64,000 nucleotides of DNA from a virus (IMGVR_UViG_3300045988_126619:95469-159468), one strand, 5' to 3'. Counted from the stretch's first letter, positions 48,659 to 57,896 are shown. The notes: generated by a model from the letters alone, not told the origin. Translations and numbers: made by a program.

Positions 48659-50863
48659 ATGAATATCAAACTAACGGATAAAATAAATAATAGGAGTGAT
48701 TTTGCGGTGATAAACAAAACAGTAATTAAAAGAGATGGTAGAGAAAAGGAATTTTGTTTCGATAGAATACATGATGCTATCAGAAACGCTTATAAAGAAG
48801 TAAGTGATGAACTTACGTTTAAAGAAGATTATAATTTTCTTAAACCTATGATTGAAGAAAGAATAAATAAAATAAATGATAAGACAATAACAATAGAGGA
48901 AATTCAAGATATAGTTGTAGAAAGCTTATTCAAAGTAAATGTCGATGTGGCAGAATCTTATAAAGCATATAGACGAATGAGAGATATAGAAAGAGAACAT
49001 CCTATTGATACTCAAATATTAGAATTATTAGAAAATAAAAATGAATTTTTAGCAAAAGAAAATTCTAATAAAAGACCAGAATTAGTTTCAACACAAAGGG
49101 ATTTGATGGCAGGTACTTTAAGCAGACATTTAGCAAGAAAAAAATTCCCTAAACATTTATTAACAGCATGGGATTTAGGATTATTTAAACCACATGATGC
49201 AGATTATATGATAAATCCAATTACAAATTGTGAATTAGTACCATTAGATGATATGTTTGATAAAGGAACTGTTATTAATGGAAAAATGATTGAAACTCCA
49301 AAATCATTACAAACTGCTGTTACTTTAGCAACTCAAATAGTAGTTCAAGTAACATCTCAAACTTATGGAGGTTGTTCTATATCTTTATCACATTTAGCAC
49401 CATATGTTAGAAAAAGTAAAAATAAATATAGAGAATTGATTAAACAAGAAGGAATAGAAACAGGTATTGAATATTCAGAACAACAAATATCTAAAATTGC
49501 TGATATAAGATTAAAGAAAGAAATAAAAGATGCTGTCCAAACATTAAACTATCAAATAAACACAATGAGTGGGCAAAATGGTCAAACAGCTTTTCTATCA
49601 GTATTTATTTATCTAAATGAAAACATAGAATATAGAGAAGAATTAGTATTATTAGCAGAAGAGCTATTTAAACAAAGAATAGTGGGAATGAAAGATGAAA
49701 AAGGACATACAACTACTCAAACTTTCCCTAAACTATTATATGTGTTAGATGAAAATAATGTATATCCACAATCTAAATATTTTTGGTTAACTCAATTAGC
49801 TATGAAATGTACAGCTATAAGACAAGCACCAGATTATCAAAGTGCAAAAGTTATGAAAGAAATATATGGAGATGTATTTCCTTGCATGGGATGTCGTAGT
49901 TTCTTGTTCCCTTATAAACCAGATGGAAAGCATTTTAAATGGTATGGTAGAGCAAATGTAGGAGTAACTACTCTTAACTTACCAGACATAGCTTTATCAT
50001 CAAAAGGTGACATGGATACATTTTGGGATATATTTGACGACAGAATGGAAAATTTAATAAAACCTGCTTGTGAATACAGATACACAAAGCTAGAAGGTGT
50101 TCAAGCAAAAGTTGCTCCTTTATTATGGCAACATGGAGTATTTGCTAGATTAAATCCAAATGATTATATCTTAGATGTTATTAAGAAAGAACAATTCTCT
50201 GTAAGTATAGGTTATGCAGGATTATATGAAACAGTATATTATATGACAGGAGAAAGTAACACAACAGAAATAGGAAAGCAATTCCAGTTACAGGTATTAA
50301 AAGCACTAGAAGATAAAGCTAATAAATGGAAAGAAGAAACTGGATTAGGATTCTCTATTTATGGAACACCAATAGAAGAATCTACAGATTGGTTTACTAA
50401 AAAATTAGTTGCTAGATTTGGTATTGTAGAAGGTGTTACTGACCACGGTTATATAACAAATTCATACCATGTAAATCCTCATGAAGATATTGATGCTTTT
50501 TCTAAGTTAGAAATAGAAGGAGATTTCCAAAAGTATTCTAAAGGAGGAAATGTTAGTTATATTGAAACATTAGGATTAGAACATAATATTGATGCTATGT
50601 ATGAAATTATAAAATGTATTTATGATAATAATACTCACGCAGAAATAAATTCTCAATCTGATTGTTATTGCTACAAATGTGGTTATAAAGGTCAATTAGA
50701 AAATGAAAATACTGGTGATTATAATTGGATATGTCCTAATTGTGGAAATAAAGACCAAGAGGAACTAAATGTTGTTATAAGAACTTGCGGATATCTTAGT
50801 TCTAAGGGAATATATACAACAGGAAGAATGAAAGACATCCTTAGTCGTAAAGTTCATATATAA
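48659..50863 (+). CDS. nrdD: anaerobic ribonucleoside-triphosphate reductase
   Basis: 734 aa. The N-terminal ATP-cone is VIKRDGREKEFCFDRIHDAI. The C-terminal zinc ribbon is CYKCGY...CPNCG. The glycyl-radical motif is RTCGYLS. Confidence 0.85.
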   Translation: MNIKLTDKINNRSDFAVINKTVIKRDGREKEFCFDRIHDAIRNAYKEVSDELTFKEDYNFLKPMIEERINKINDKTITIEEIQDIVVESLFKVNVDVAESYKAYRRMRDIEREHPIDTQILELLENKNEFLAKENSNKRPELVSTQRDLMAGTLSRHLARKKFPKHLLTAWDLGLFKPHDADYMINPITNCELVPLDDMFDKGTVINGKMIETPKSLQTAVTLATQIVVQVTSQTYGGCSISLSHLAPYVRKSKNKYRELIKQEGIETGIEYSEQQISKIADIRLKKEIKDAVQTLNYQINTMSGQNGQTAFLSVFIYLNENIEYREELVLLAEELFKQRIVGMKDEKGHTTTQTFPKLLYVLDENNVYPQSKYFWLTQLAMKCTAIRQAPDYQSAKVMKEIYGDVFPCMGCRSFLFPYKPDGKHFKWYGRANVGVTTLNLPDIALSSKGDMDTFWDIFDDRMENLIKPACEYRYTKLEGVQAKVAPLLWQHGVFARLNPNDYILDVIKKEQFSVSIGYAGLYETVYYMTGESNTTEIGKQFQLQVLKALEDKANKWKEETGLGFSIYGTPIEESTDWFTKKLVARFGIVEGVTDHGYITNSYHVNPHEDIDAFSKLEIEGDFQKYSKGGNVSYIETLGLEHNIDAMYEIIKCIYDNNTHAEINSQSDCYCYKCGYKGQLENENTGDYNWICPNCGNKDQEELNVVIRTCGYLSSKGIYTTGRMKDILSRKVHI

Positions 50864-50866
50864 TAA

Positions 50867-50895
50867 AAGGGGGAGTATTTGCTCCCCTTATTTAA
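50867..50895 (+). terminator. GC-rich hairpin between nrdD and nrdG (attenuator or partial terminator)
   Basis: AAGGGGGAG pairs with CTCCCCTT (one bulge), followed by ATTTAAT. It overlaps the region just 5' of the nrdG SD. Confidence 0.35.
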
Positions 50896-50911
50896 TAAAG
50901 GAGGGATTTAT

Positions 50912-51415
50912 GTGTACTATTCAGATTTAAGAAAATATGATTCTCAAAATGGATTTGGTTTAGGTATTGGTGTAACATTATTTGTAAGTGGTTGCAATTT
51001 TCATTGTAAAGGCTGTTTTAATAAAGAAGCATGGGATTTCAATTATGGTAAACCTTTTACAAAAGATATAGAAGATTTAGTTATATCTTATTCAAAAAAT
51101 AAACGAATACATCATGTAAGCCTACTAGGAGGGGAAATATTTCATCAAGACTTAAATATTATATTAAGTTTGGTAAAAAGAATAAAAACAGAAGTTAATA
51201 AACCTATCTATGTTTGGACAGGATTTACATGGGAAGAATTAATTAAAGATAATCAAAGAAAAGATATATTACAATATGTAGATATAATAACAGATGGGCA
51301 GTTTATACAAGAACAAAAGAACGTAAATTTATTATATGCAGGAAGTAATAACCAAAGACATATATTGGTACAAGAATCACTTAATCAAAATGAAATTATA
51401 ATAAAGAATAATTAA
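50912..51415 (+). CDS. nrdG: anaerobic ribonucleotide reductase activase (radical SAM)
   Basis: Starts at GTG 50912, 6 nt after AAAGGAGGG. It has the CxxxCxxC cluster GCNFHCKGCFN. Its size and position after nrdD fit. Confidence 0.8.
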   Translation: MYYSDLRKYDSQNGFGLGIGVTLFVSGCNFHCKGCFNKEAWDFNYGKPFTKDIEDLVISYSKNKRIHHVSLLGGEIFHQDLNIILSLVKRIKTEVNKPIYVWTGFTWEELIKDNQRKDILQYVDIITDGQFIQEQKNVNLLYAGSNNQRHILVQESLNQNEIIIKNN

Positions 51416-51429
51416 TTGATAAAAAACTA

Positions 51430-51458
51430 TTGACATAACATAAAATAAATGATAATAT
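51430..51458 (+). promoter_or_regulatory. sigma-A-type promoter, element shifted +3
   Basis: TTGACA at 51430-51435, spacer TAACATAAAATAAATGA, TAATAT at 51453-51458. Confidence 0.55.
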
Positions 51459-51495
51459 ATACTTGTAGGAAGCGTTCTTACAAGTATTTTTTATT
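51459..51495 (+). terminator. intrinsic terminator abutting the promoter 51430-51458
   Basis: A 13-bp stem ATACTTGTAGGAA/TTCTTACAAGTAT (one G-U pair), loop GCG, then TTTTTATT. Confidence 0.65.
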
Positions 51496-51510
51496 AGGAG
51501 AGGTGATTAT

Positions 51511-51891
51511 ATGATAGAACATAAAGATAAAATTTTACAATTACAAGATGGAACATTAATTTGTGGATTTTGTATGAAACCTATAACAATAGAAAAGAAA
51601 CATGAATGGGATGAATATGAAAAATATGAATGGACTGAATACTCTTGCAGTTGTGATGAATGGAAAGCTTATGACCAATTAAATCAAGATATAATGAAAT
51701 TAGATTGGGAATATTATAATAAGCTGAAACGCATCGTGGCAGATTATAGACAAGAAAGAGCAGAATTAGTTAAGAAAGCAAATGAATGTAGTCCTAAACA
51801 ATGTGTTATGACAGACTTTAATTCATATATTTTAGATGTTATGCCACCATCAACTAATCCACATACAAAAAATGAATGGGTTGTTAAATAA
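51511..51891 (+). CDS. hypothetical cysteine-containing protein
   Basis: 126 aa with an AGGAGAGG SD. It contains CGFC...CSC. Confidence 0.4.
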   Translation: MIEHKDKILQLQDGTLICGFCMKPITIEKKHEWDEYEKYEWTEYSCSCDEWKAYDQLNQDIMKLDWEYYNKLKRIVADYRQERAELVKKANECSPKQCVMTDFNSYILDVMPPSTNPHTKNEWVVK

Positions 51892-51901
51892 AATAAATGA
51901 T
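51887..51901 (+). promoter_or_regulatory. conserved element, variant copy
   Basis: AATAAAATAAATGAT. It contains the upstream stop (51889-51891) and is followed by AGGAGAAAAAG. Confidence 0.4.
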
Positions 51902-51914
51902 AGGAGAAAAAGAT

Positions 51915-52175
51915 ATGAAAAAAAGAATATTAGCAGTATTATTAAGTATTGGATGTTTATTATCACTAGGAGGTTGTTCAGATAATCCTACAGAAACAAA
52001 TAGATTTATTTCAACCAATGAAACAATAATTATTAGTGGTGGAACATACGAAATTGTTTATGATAATTATACTAAAATAGTTTATTTATCTTCTTGTGGA
52101 GATTATGATATAGAAGCATTATTAGGGGCAGATAAACAACCAATGACTATTGATGAATATTATAAACAAAAATAA
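51915..52175 (+). CDS. lipoprotein, paralog of 54248-54595
   Basis: Starts at ATG 51915. It has a signal peptide with the lipobox LSLGGC. The C-terminus KIVYLSSCGDYDIEALLGADKQPMTIDEY aligns with KIVFLRF....IIGQDKLPMTLDEY of the paralog. Confidence 0.55.
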   Translation: MKKRILAVLLSIGCLLSLGGCSDNPTETNRFISTNETIIISGGTYEIVYDNYTKIVYLSSCGDYDIEALLGADKQPMTIDEYYKQK

Positions 52176-52189
52176 TAGAGGTGATTGTT

Positions 52190-52294
52190 ATGCTTAATAT
52201 GGTAATAGGAGCAAGTATAGCTGTTTTAATGTATATGTTGCTTATAATAGCACTTGTATTATTAGTATTTTGGATTTGTACAGAATTATTATAA
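52190..52294 (+). CDS. 34-aa hydrophobic peptide
   Basis: AGAGGTG SD with ATG at 52190. It has a single TM-like stretch. This is a weak call. Confidence 0.25.
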   Translation: MLNMVIGASIAVLMYMLLIIALVLLVFWICTELL

Positions 52295-52306
52295 GGAGAG
52301 GATTAT

Positions 52307-52759
52307 ATGAAAATTAATATACAAAAGGGAAATCTTTTTGATTTAGATAAACGATATGCTTTGGCTCATTGTGTCAGTTTAGATTGTTCCAATCCTAAAT
52401 CATGGGGTATGGGAATTGCTACAGAATTTAAAAAACGTTTTAAAGGTATGAAACATTATTGTGCAAGAGTAATAGAAAATAATAACTTATCTTATCCTGT
52501 TATAATACCTTATTGTGAAAATGATAGGTGTATTTTTAATCTTATAACAAAGAGAGTGTATTATGGAAAACCAACATATGCCACAATTACTAAATGTATT
52601 CATGATATGGCATCAATGTGTAAACAATTTGATATCAAATATCTAGGAATATATAAACTTGGTTGTAACCTAGATAAATTACAATGGGGTAAAGTAAAAG
52701 AAATCATTGAACAAGAATTTAAAGATATAGACATAGAAATAGAAGTTAGATATTTATAA
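52307..52759 (+). CDS. macrodomain protein, TARG1/Poa1p-like (ADP-ribose hydrolase type)
   Basis: 150 aa. The pattern KGNLFDLDKRYALAHCVSLDCSNPKSWGMGIATEFKKRFKG matches the TARG1/OARD1-like macrodomain N-terminal pattern (G.LF....LAHC.S.D..MG.GIA..FKK.F). Confidence 0.6.
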   Translation: MKINIQKGNLFDLDKRYALAHCVSLDCSNPKSWGMGIATEFKKRFKGMKHYCARVIENNNLSYPVIIPYCENDRCIFNLITKRVYYGKPTYATITKCIHDMASMCKQFDIKYLGIYKLGCNLDKLQWGKVKEIIEQEFKDIDIEIEVRYL

Positions 52760-52776
52760 AAGAAGGAGAGGATTGT

Positions 52777-53367
52777 ATGAACGTAACAAAACACGCATAT
52801 TCACGTTATGCAACGAGATTTAAAGGTATAGATAAAAAAGACTTAGGAGCAATTACACAAGCCGAAAAAGAATTATTTGAAACTGAATTAAATAAAATGA
52901 TAGATAGAGCAACTATGATTTACACAGGAACTTTCAATGAAAAGAACCAAGTCACAAACTTTTGGGTAGTTGATAATATTGTACTTGTTACAGATGTTGC
53001 TAATACAAAAATAATAACTTTATATAGAATTGAGTTTGGTTTTGATAGAACTATTGATAAAACAATCCTAGAGAATCTTAGAGAGCAGTTAGAAGAAGCA
53101 GACGAAGTTTATATTAAGGCTATGCAAGAAGTGCAGGAGAAGAAGGAAAAGCTTGATATAGATGCTATTAGTATTAAAGAACAAATAGCTTCGTTACAAG
53201 AACAATTATCTGCTTTACAAAGTGGTCTTAAAGGTATTGAAGAATATAAAAAGACTATTACTGTAGATGAAGTTAAAGCTAGAACAAATAGAGATATTAT
53301 TGCAAAGAAAATAATCTATAGCAATATTTACAAGAAATCTGTAGATGAATATACAATGGAGGATTAA
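52777..53367 (+). CDS. hypothetical protein: small N-terminal globular domain plus long coiled coil
   Basis: 196 aa. The N-terminus TKHAYSRYATRF...IVLVTDVANTKIITLYR is faintly DUF4258-like. Heptad-rich helices follow. Confidence 0.4.
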   Translation: MNVTKHAYSRYATRFKGIDKKDLGAITQAEKELFETELNKMIDRATMIYTGTFNEKNQVTNFWVVDNIVLVTDVANTKIITLYRIEFGFDRTIDKTILENLREQLEEADEVYIKAMQEVQEKKEKLDIDAISIKEQIASLQEQLSALQSGLKGIEEYKKTITVDEVKARTNRDIIAKKIIYSNIYKKSVDEYTMED

Positions 53368-53488
53368 CAATGTGGAAGACTTATAAACAATGGTTACAAT
53401 ACGTTAATGAGATAGTACCCATCAAATTAACTAGATTACAAAAAATAACATTATTTTTTAATTGGTTATATTTTAAAAATAAAAAGTA

Positions 53489-53517
53489 TTGACATAGCAT
53501 AAAATAAATGATATACT
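53489..53517 (+). promoter_or_regulatory. sigma-A-type promoter, element shifted +3
   Basis: TTGACA at 53489-53494, spacer TAGCATAAAATAAATGA, TATACT at 53512-53517. Confidence 0.6.
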
Positions 53518-53545
53518 ATATGTATAGAAAGGAGAGATAATAAAA

Positions 53546-53995
53546 ATGGATAAGAAATATGAATATATGATACACATATGGGGTGGAATGTTTAACAAAG
53601 ATGCTTCCCCATCCATAACAAAAGATTTAGGAATCACAGAAGGTTATTATTATTTCGATACTAAAGAAGAAAGACAAGCCTTTAAAGATAAAATAACCGA
53701 AGAATATAGAAGTCAAGGATTTGCTAGTGATTCACAAGAAGGTTATCTCACACATAAACAAACTGTTTTTGTAGGGACTTTCGAGTATGAAGGAAAACAA
53801 TATGTATTACATGAAAATTTTGGTTATGAATATCCAGAAGAAGTAGCTATATTTATGTTTGAAGAAGGTAATTATAGCTGTGATTGTAATAGAAGTATAT
53901 TTATAAACAGAGAATATGGAACTAATATAAATCCAAATTGTAAGTGTGGAGAAGATATAAAATTAATAGATTTTCATATTGAATACATTGATTAA
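53546..53995 (+). CDS. hypothetical protein
   Basis: 149 aa with its own promoter at 53489-53517. Confidence 0.45.
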   Translation: MDKKYEYMIHIWGGMFNKDASPSITKDLGITEGYYYFDTKEERQAFKDKITEEYRSQGFASDSQEGYLTHKQTVFVGTFEYEGKQYVLHENFGYEYPEEVAIFMFEEGNYSCDCNRSIFINREYGTNINPNCKCGEDIKLIDFHIEYID

Positions 53996-54007
53996 GGAGG
54001 ATTATTA

Positions 54008-54211
54008 ATGATTAATTTGGAAAAAGGAACGAAATCTAACACTATTGATACCATAATAAAAGAACTAGAGGATATAAATAAATTAACTTCTAAAATATAT
54101 AGTGATAGTTATAGTAGTTATAACATGAGTTTAATCAGACATAACACAGGTAAAATACTTGGGAAGACAGATACTTTGATTAATATTTTAAAAAGTATTG
54201 ACATAAAATAA
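54008..54211 (+). CDS. hypothetical small protein
   Basis: 67 aa with an AAGGAGGA SD. The stop lies inside the promoter at 54198-54226. Confidence 0.4.
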   Translation: MINLEKGTKSNTIDTIIKELEDINKLTSKIYSDSYSSYNMSLIRHNTGKILGKTDTLINILKSIDIK

Positions 54212-54226
54212 ACAATAAGATATAAT
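54198..54226 (+). promoter_or_regulatory. sigma-A-type promoter with the conserved element as spacer
   Basis: TTGACA at 54198-54203, spacer TAAAATAAACAATAAGA, TATAAT at 54221-54226. Confidence 0.7.
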
Positions 54227-54247
54227 AATTATAAAGGAGGAAATAAT

Positions 54248-54595
54248 ATGAAGAAAATTATTTGTATGATGTTGTTAGGAGCAACTACATTAAGTTGTAT
54301 TGGGTGTAAAGCATATACACCAGTTCCTTATAAAGAAACAGAATCTGTTGTTGATTCTAAATATGATAAAAATGATTGTTATATAATGACTTCCTATACA
54401 GAAAAGTTTGTGACTGAATATGAGGATGGAAATAGTCATGTAACAGAATGTGAAGTATGGGTTAATACAAAAACAAAAATAGTTTTTCTAAGATTTAGAC
54501 AAGCTTATGCGTATTATGTATATGAACCAATAATAGGACAAGACAAATTACCTATGACATTAGATGAATATAAAGCTATGAAAGGGTTGATGTAA
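54248..54595 (+). CDS. lipoprotein, paralog of 51915-52175
   Basis: 115 aa. It has a signal peptide with the lipobox-like LSCIGC. See the alignment under 51915-52175. Confidence 0.55.
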   Translation: MKKIICMMLLGATTLSCIGCKAYTPVPYKETESVVDSKYDKNDCYIMTSYTEKFVTEYEDGNSHVTECEVWVNTKTKIVFLRFRQAYAYYVYEPIIGQDKLPMTLDEYKAMKGLM

Positions 54596-54596
54596 T

Positions 54597-54797
54597 ATGA
54601 AATGTTCATGTGGTCAAAAAATCTACCAACAATTATGCGTACCTAATGTTTATTTTTCACAAAGATATAAGGATACAGAATTTACTTATCCAGTCACATC
54701 TTATGAGTTTAAGTGTCCTAAATGTGGGAAAGTAACAATATTATCATTAGCTAAATTTGAAAGTTTAAAGGAGGAAAGTACAGATGAAACTAACTAA
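54597..54797 (+). CDS. small zinc-ribbon protein
   Basis: 66 aa with CSCGQ...CPKCG. Confidence 0.4.
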   Translation: MKCSCGQKIYQQLCVPNVYFSQRYKDTEFTYPVTSYEFKCPKCGKVTILSLAKFESLKEESTDETN

Positions 54798-55050
54798 AAA
54801 GAATTTGAAAAAAGTAAAACGTGGAGATAAGGTTAAATGTATTATTCCGAAATCTATTGCCCCATCATTAGGAGTAGATTATGAAACGTTTGAACATATG
54901 AAAGGCATTGTTCTTCATGGCAGAGTTAGCACATTATATGGTGATGGAGATTTAGAAGTAATATTAGATGTTCCTAAGTCAATAGAAACTTATAGAACAG
55001 CAATATATTACTTAGCAAGCTATTGTTCCGAAGTTAATATATTAAAATAA
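54784..55050 (+). CDS. hypothetical protein, paralog of 55062-55338
   Basis: 88 aa. It reads KRGDKVKCIIPKS....FEHMKGIVLHG. Confidence 0.45.
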   Translation: MKLTKKNLKKVKRGDKVKCIIPKSIAPSLGVDYETFEHMKGIVLHGRVSTLYGDGDLEVILDVPKSIETYRTAIYYLASYCSEVNILK

Positions 55051-55061
55051 GAGGTGGTAAT

Positions 55062-55338
55062 ATGAAAGTGACTAAAGAAATCTTACAAACACTAAAGGTT
55101 GGAGAAAGAATAAGCTGTATAATACCAAAAAACTGTAAAAAAAACAATGGGGTTTCCAACCTGTGCTTTTAAAGAAATGAGAGGTATAGTATTAAATGGA
55201 ACAATAGATAACGTATGGGATGGAGAATGTGTTGGGTTACAATTGATTGTCCCACAAAATATAGTAGATAAATATAATTGTTATGAATATTTATTCTATA
55301 CATCTCATAACTGTATAGATTTTCAAGTAAAAAGATAA
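55062..55338 (+). pseudogene. paralog of 54784-55050 interrupted by a 1-nt frameshift in an A8 run
   Basis: ATG 55062 (GAGGTGG SD) gives MKVTKEILQTLKVGERISCIIPKNCKK.., then stops at 55170-55172. The +1 frame continues MGFPTCAFKEMRGIVLNG.., collinear with the paralog. The frames join if the A8 run at 55137-55144 is read as A7. Confidence 0.55.
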
Positions 55339-55347
55339 AAAGAAAGG

Positions 55348-55941
55348 ATGATTAATATTATGAAATTAAGAATTAAATATTTTGAAGGTGCAACAAAATT
55401 AAAAACTATATCAAAAGGAAATTGGGTTGATGTATATGCAAACAAAGATATTTTTGTACCAGTTGGAGAAAGAGCAATGATACCGTTAGGTTTTGCTTTA
55501 GAATTACCTTGTGGATGGGAAGGTCATTTAGCACCAAGAAGTTCTACTTTTAAGACTTGGGGTATTATTCAAACAAATCATGTCGGAGTAGTTGATGATA
55601 CTTATATAGGAGATAATGACCAATGGCATATGCCTGTATATTGTTTACAAGGTGAAGAGTATGAATTCACAGAAGAGGAAATGTTTGAAAAAATGGGTGG
55701 AGGACTTCATAGTCTTGAGCCTACTCCAACAGGATTAAGATATTCTCACACAGAAACACCAAAAGATTCGATATACAGCACAGTAACATCAATGGTTAAT
55801 AGAAAAGGAACATGGATAAGAAAAGGTGATAAGATAGGTCAGTTTAGAATTATGGAAGTTATGCCACCATTAGAATTTGAAGAAGTTAAATCATTTGGTA
55901 ATGCAGACAGAGGTGGCTTTGGCACTACTGGTACTAAGTAG
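55348..55941 (+). CDS. dut: dUTPase (trimeric type, with internal insertion)
   Basis: It has the motifs LAPRSST and GVVDDTYIGDND and the C-terminal NADRGGFGTTG. The start is either ATG 55348 or 55360. Confidence 0.75.
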   Translation: MINIMKLRIKYFEGATKLKTISKGNWVDVYANKDIFVPVGERAMIPLGFALELPCGWEGHLAPRSSTFKTWGIIQTNHVGVVDDTYIGDNDQWHMPVYCLQGEEYEFTEEEMFEKMGGGLHSLEPTPTGLRYSHTETPKDSIYSTVTSMVNRKGTWIRKGDKIGQFRIMEVMPPLEFEEVKSFGNADRGGFGTTGTK

Positions 55942-56080
55942 GTGATTAATTATGGTTTGTTTATATTTAATATATTGTATGATGACTGATTGGACAATAT
56001 CTGGATGGTTAATATTTTGGTGGATAATAGATTTGTTTCTTAAAGATTAAGTAAGAATAGGGGTTATTCCCTTTCTTGCA

Positions 56081-56095
56081 CATAAAATAAATGAT
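56081..56095 (+). promoter_or_regulatory. conserved element, stand-alone copy (no -35)
   Basis: CATAAAATAAATGAT after an imperfect hairpin (56053-56077), followed by AGAGGTG. Confidence 0.5.
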
Positions 56096-56108
56096 TAGAG
56101 GTGTAAAT

Positions 56109-56318
56109 ATGAAAAAAGAATTATATGCTATTACTTGGAGTTTAACAATGAGAGAAGAAGAAACAACAGATACTTGGTATGTAAAAGCTTCTCAATATCA
56201 AAACGTAGAAAATTACATCAAATATGCAAAACAAAAACTTGAAAATGATGGAGGAATGACAGTTAATAGTGTTTCTTATTACAAAATATCACAAGATATA
56301 ATAGTAGAATTACAATAG
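56109..56318 (+). CDS. hypothetical small protein
   Basis: 69 aa from ATG 56109, with an AGAGGTG SD. The track start at 56091 is the ATG inside the conserved element. Confidence 0.4.
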   Translation: MKKELYAITWSLTMREEETTDTWYVKASQYQNVENYIKYAKQKLENDGGMTVNSVSYYKISQDIIVELQ

Positions 56319-56329
56319 GAGGAAATAAT

Positions 56330-57625
56330 ATGAATTTATATACAATTTTATGTGAAATAGAAATTGCAAAAGGCAAAGAAAAACAAAATGTACTTCAAAA
56401 ATATAAGGACAACCAAGACTTTACAGATATATTAGTTTTGGCTTATAACGATAATAAGTATGGTTTTAGCAAAAATAAATTAAGAAAAGAATTGGATAAA
56501 TACAAAGAATATAATTCAAATTTTCATTCTTATTGGGATAATGGTTTTGATATGTGTGAAGCTTTAGCTACTTCTAATATAAATAATCAACTTAGAGATG
56601 CTGTTTATTCAACTCTATCGGCTATGTCAGAAGACTTACAAGAAGTTTGGATAAGAGTATTGACTAAAGATTTAAAGTGTGGTATCAGCGTTACAAGCAT
56701 AAATAAAGCTATACCTAATTTAATACCTGTTTGGACTATTCAAAAGGCTTCAACTTATAAAGAAGGTAAAATTAAAGATGGTACTTGGATAGGTATTACT
56801 TTAAAAGAAAATGGTATACATGGCACTTATTATGATGGCATAATTAAATCAAGACAAAATAAAGTATTTGAAGGCTTAGACCATATCATCAATGAAATTA
56901 ATATACTTCTACAATACTTCCCTTATTATGTATTTGAAGGAGAATTAATCAGAGATAATATTGATAATCTTTTAGATAATGAAAACTTTAGATTAACAAC
57001 ATCTATATTAAGTGATGAAACTGCTGACAAAACACCTATTAAGTTAGATTTATTTGATTTATTACCTCAAAAAGAATTTGATTTAGCAGGAGTAAGTACA
57101 AGAACATACAAAGAAAGACTTGAACAATTAAAACAAATTCAATCTTTAATTAATGAATTAGGATTAAAATATATTGGTGTATGTGAAATATTATATGAAG
57201 GAACAGATGTTTCTCAAATCCAAAAACAATTAGATATTGTTGATTCTAAAGGATTAGAAGGGTGTGTGGTATCATTAGATAAGTATTATCAAAGAAAGAG
57301 ATTAACTACATTGTTCAAAGTTAAATCTTGGAAAGATGCTGATTGTAAAATAATTGGCTATGAAGAAGGTACAATTGGTTCAAAATATGAAGGAATGTTA
57401 GGAGCATTTATTATAGACTATAAAGGGAATAAAGTATCTGTTGGCGGAGGGTATTCAGACGAGCAACGCCAAGAGATGTGGGATAATAGAGATAAATATA
57501 TGGGCAAAATACTTCAAGTTAAATTTAAAGAAGAAACTAAGAATAAAGAAACAGGATTAGTCAGTTTACAATTTGGTACATTTGTATGTATAAGAGAAGA
57601 AGGAAAGGAAGTTAGTTACGAATAA
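56330..57625 (+). CDS. ATP-dependent DNA ligase
   Basis: 431 aa. It has nucleotidyltransferase motifs I TLKENGIHG, III YVFEGELI, IV LEGCVVSL and V LFKVKSW, followed by an OB-like C-terminus. Confidence 0.7.
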   Translation: MNLYTILCEIEIAKGKEKQNVLQKYKDNQDFTDILVLAYNDNKYGFSKNKLRKELDKYKEYNSNFHSYWDNGFDMCEALATSNINNQLRDAVYSTLSAMSEDLQEVWIRVLTKDLKCGISVTSINKAIPNLIPVWTIQKASTYKEGKIKDGTWIGITLKENGIHGTYYDGIIKSRQNKVFEGLDHIINEINILLQYFPYYVFEGELIRDNIDNLLDNENFRLTTSILSDETADKTPIKLDLFDLLPQKEFDLAGVSTRTYKERLEQLKQIQSLINELGLKYIGVCEILYEGTDVSQIQKQLDIVDSKGLEGCVVSLDKYYQRKRLTTLFKVKSWKDADCKIIGYEEGTIGSKYEGMLGAFIIDYKGNKVSVGGGYSDEQRQEMWDNRDKYMGKILQVKFKEETKNKETGLVSLQFGTFVCIREEGKEVSYE

Positions 57626-57894
57626 TGGCTAAGAAGAAGAAAGAAGAACTTATACAAGCAGGATTTATAGATGGTGTTCCAGTTTGTCCTTGTTGTGGAA
57701 AACATATCTCCAATTCTGTTACGGTAGATGTGGATTCTTATGTATGTAAAGAAAATGAGTTGGAAACATTATTAAGATTCATTAAACGCTGTTTAGAATG
57801 TAGGACAGAATTTATTATATTTTCAACAGGACATACCCTTACAAGTGGTGGTAAATATATACTAATTAATGAAGAAGAATATATTAAAAAATAA
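57625..57894 (+). CDS. small zinc-ribbon protein
   Basis: 89 aa with CPCCGK...CLECR. Its start overlaps the ligase stop (TAATG). Confidence 0.4.
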   Translation: MAKKKKEELIQAGFIDGVPVCPCCGKHISNSVTVDVDSYVCKENELETLLRFIKRCLECRTEFIIFSTGHTLTSGGKYILINEEEYIKK

Positions 57895-57896
57895 TC

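Noticed and set aside
50879-50911. The TTG 50879 start for nrdG given in the track.
   Set aside because: It would place the SD AAAGGAGGG inside the coding region. GTG 50912 lies 6 nt after that SD and gives an N-terminus of normal NrdG length.
52777-53367. The gene downstream of the macrodomain considered as a DarT-like toxin, which would give a DarTG-like pair.
   Set aside because: The gene order is reversed relative to darTG. The protein is a small N-terminal domain plus a long coiled coil. I saw no DarT/ART-type motifs.
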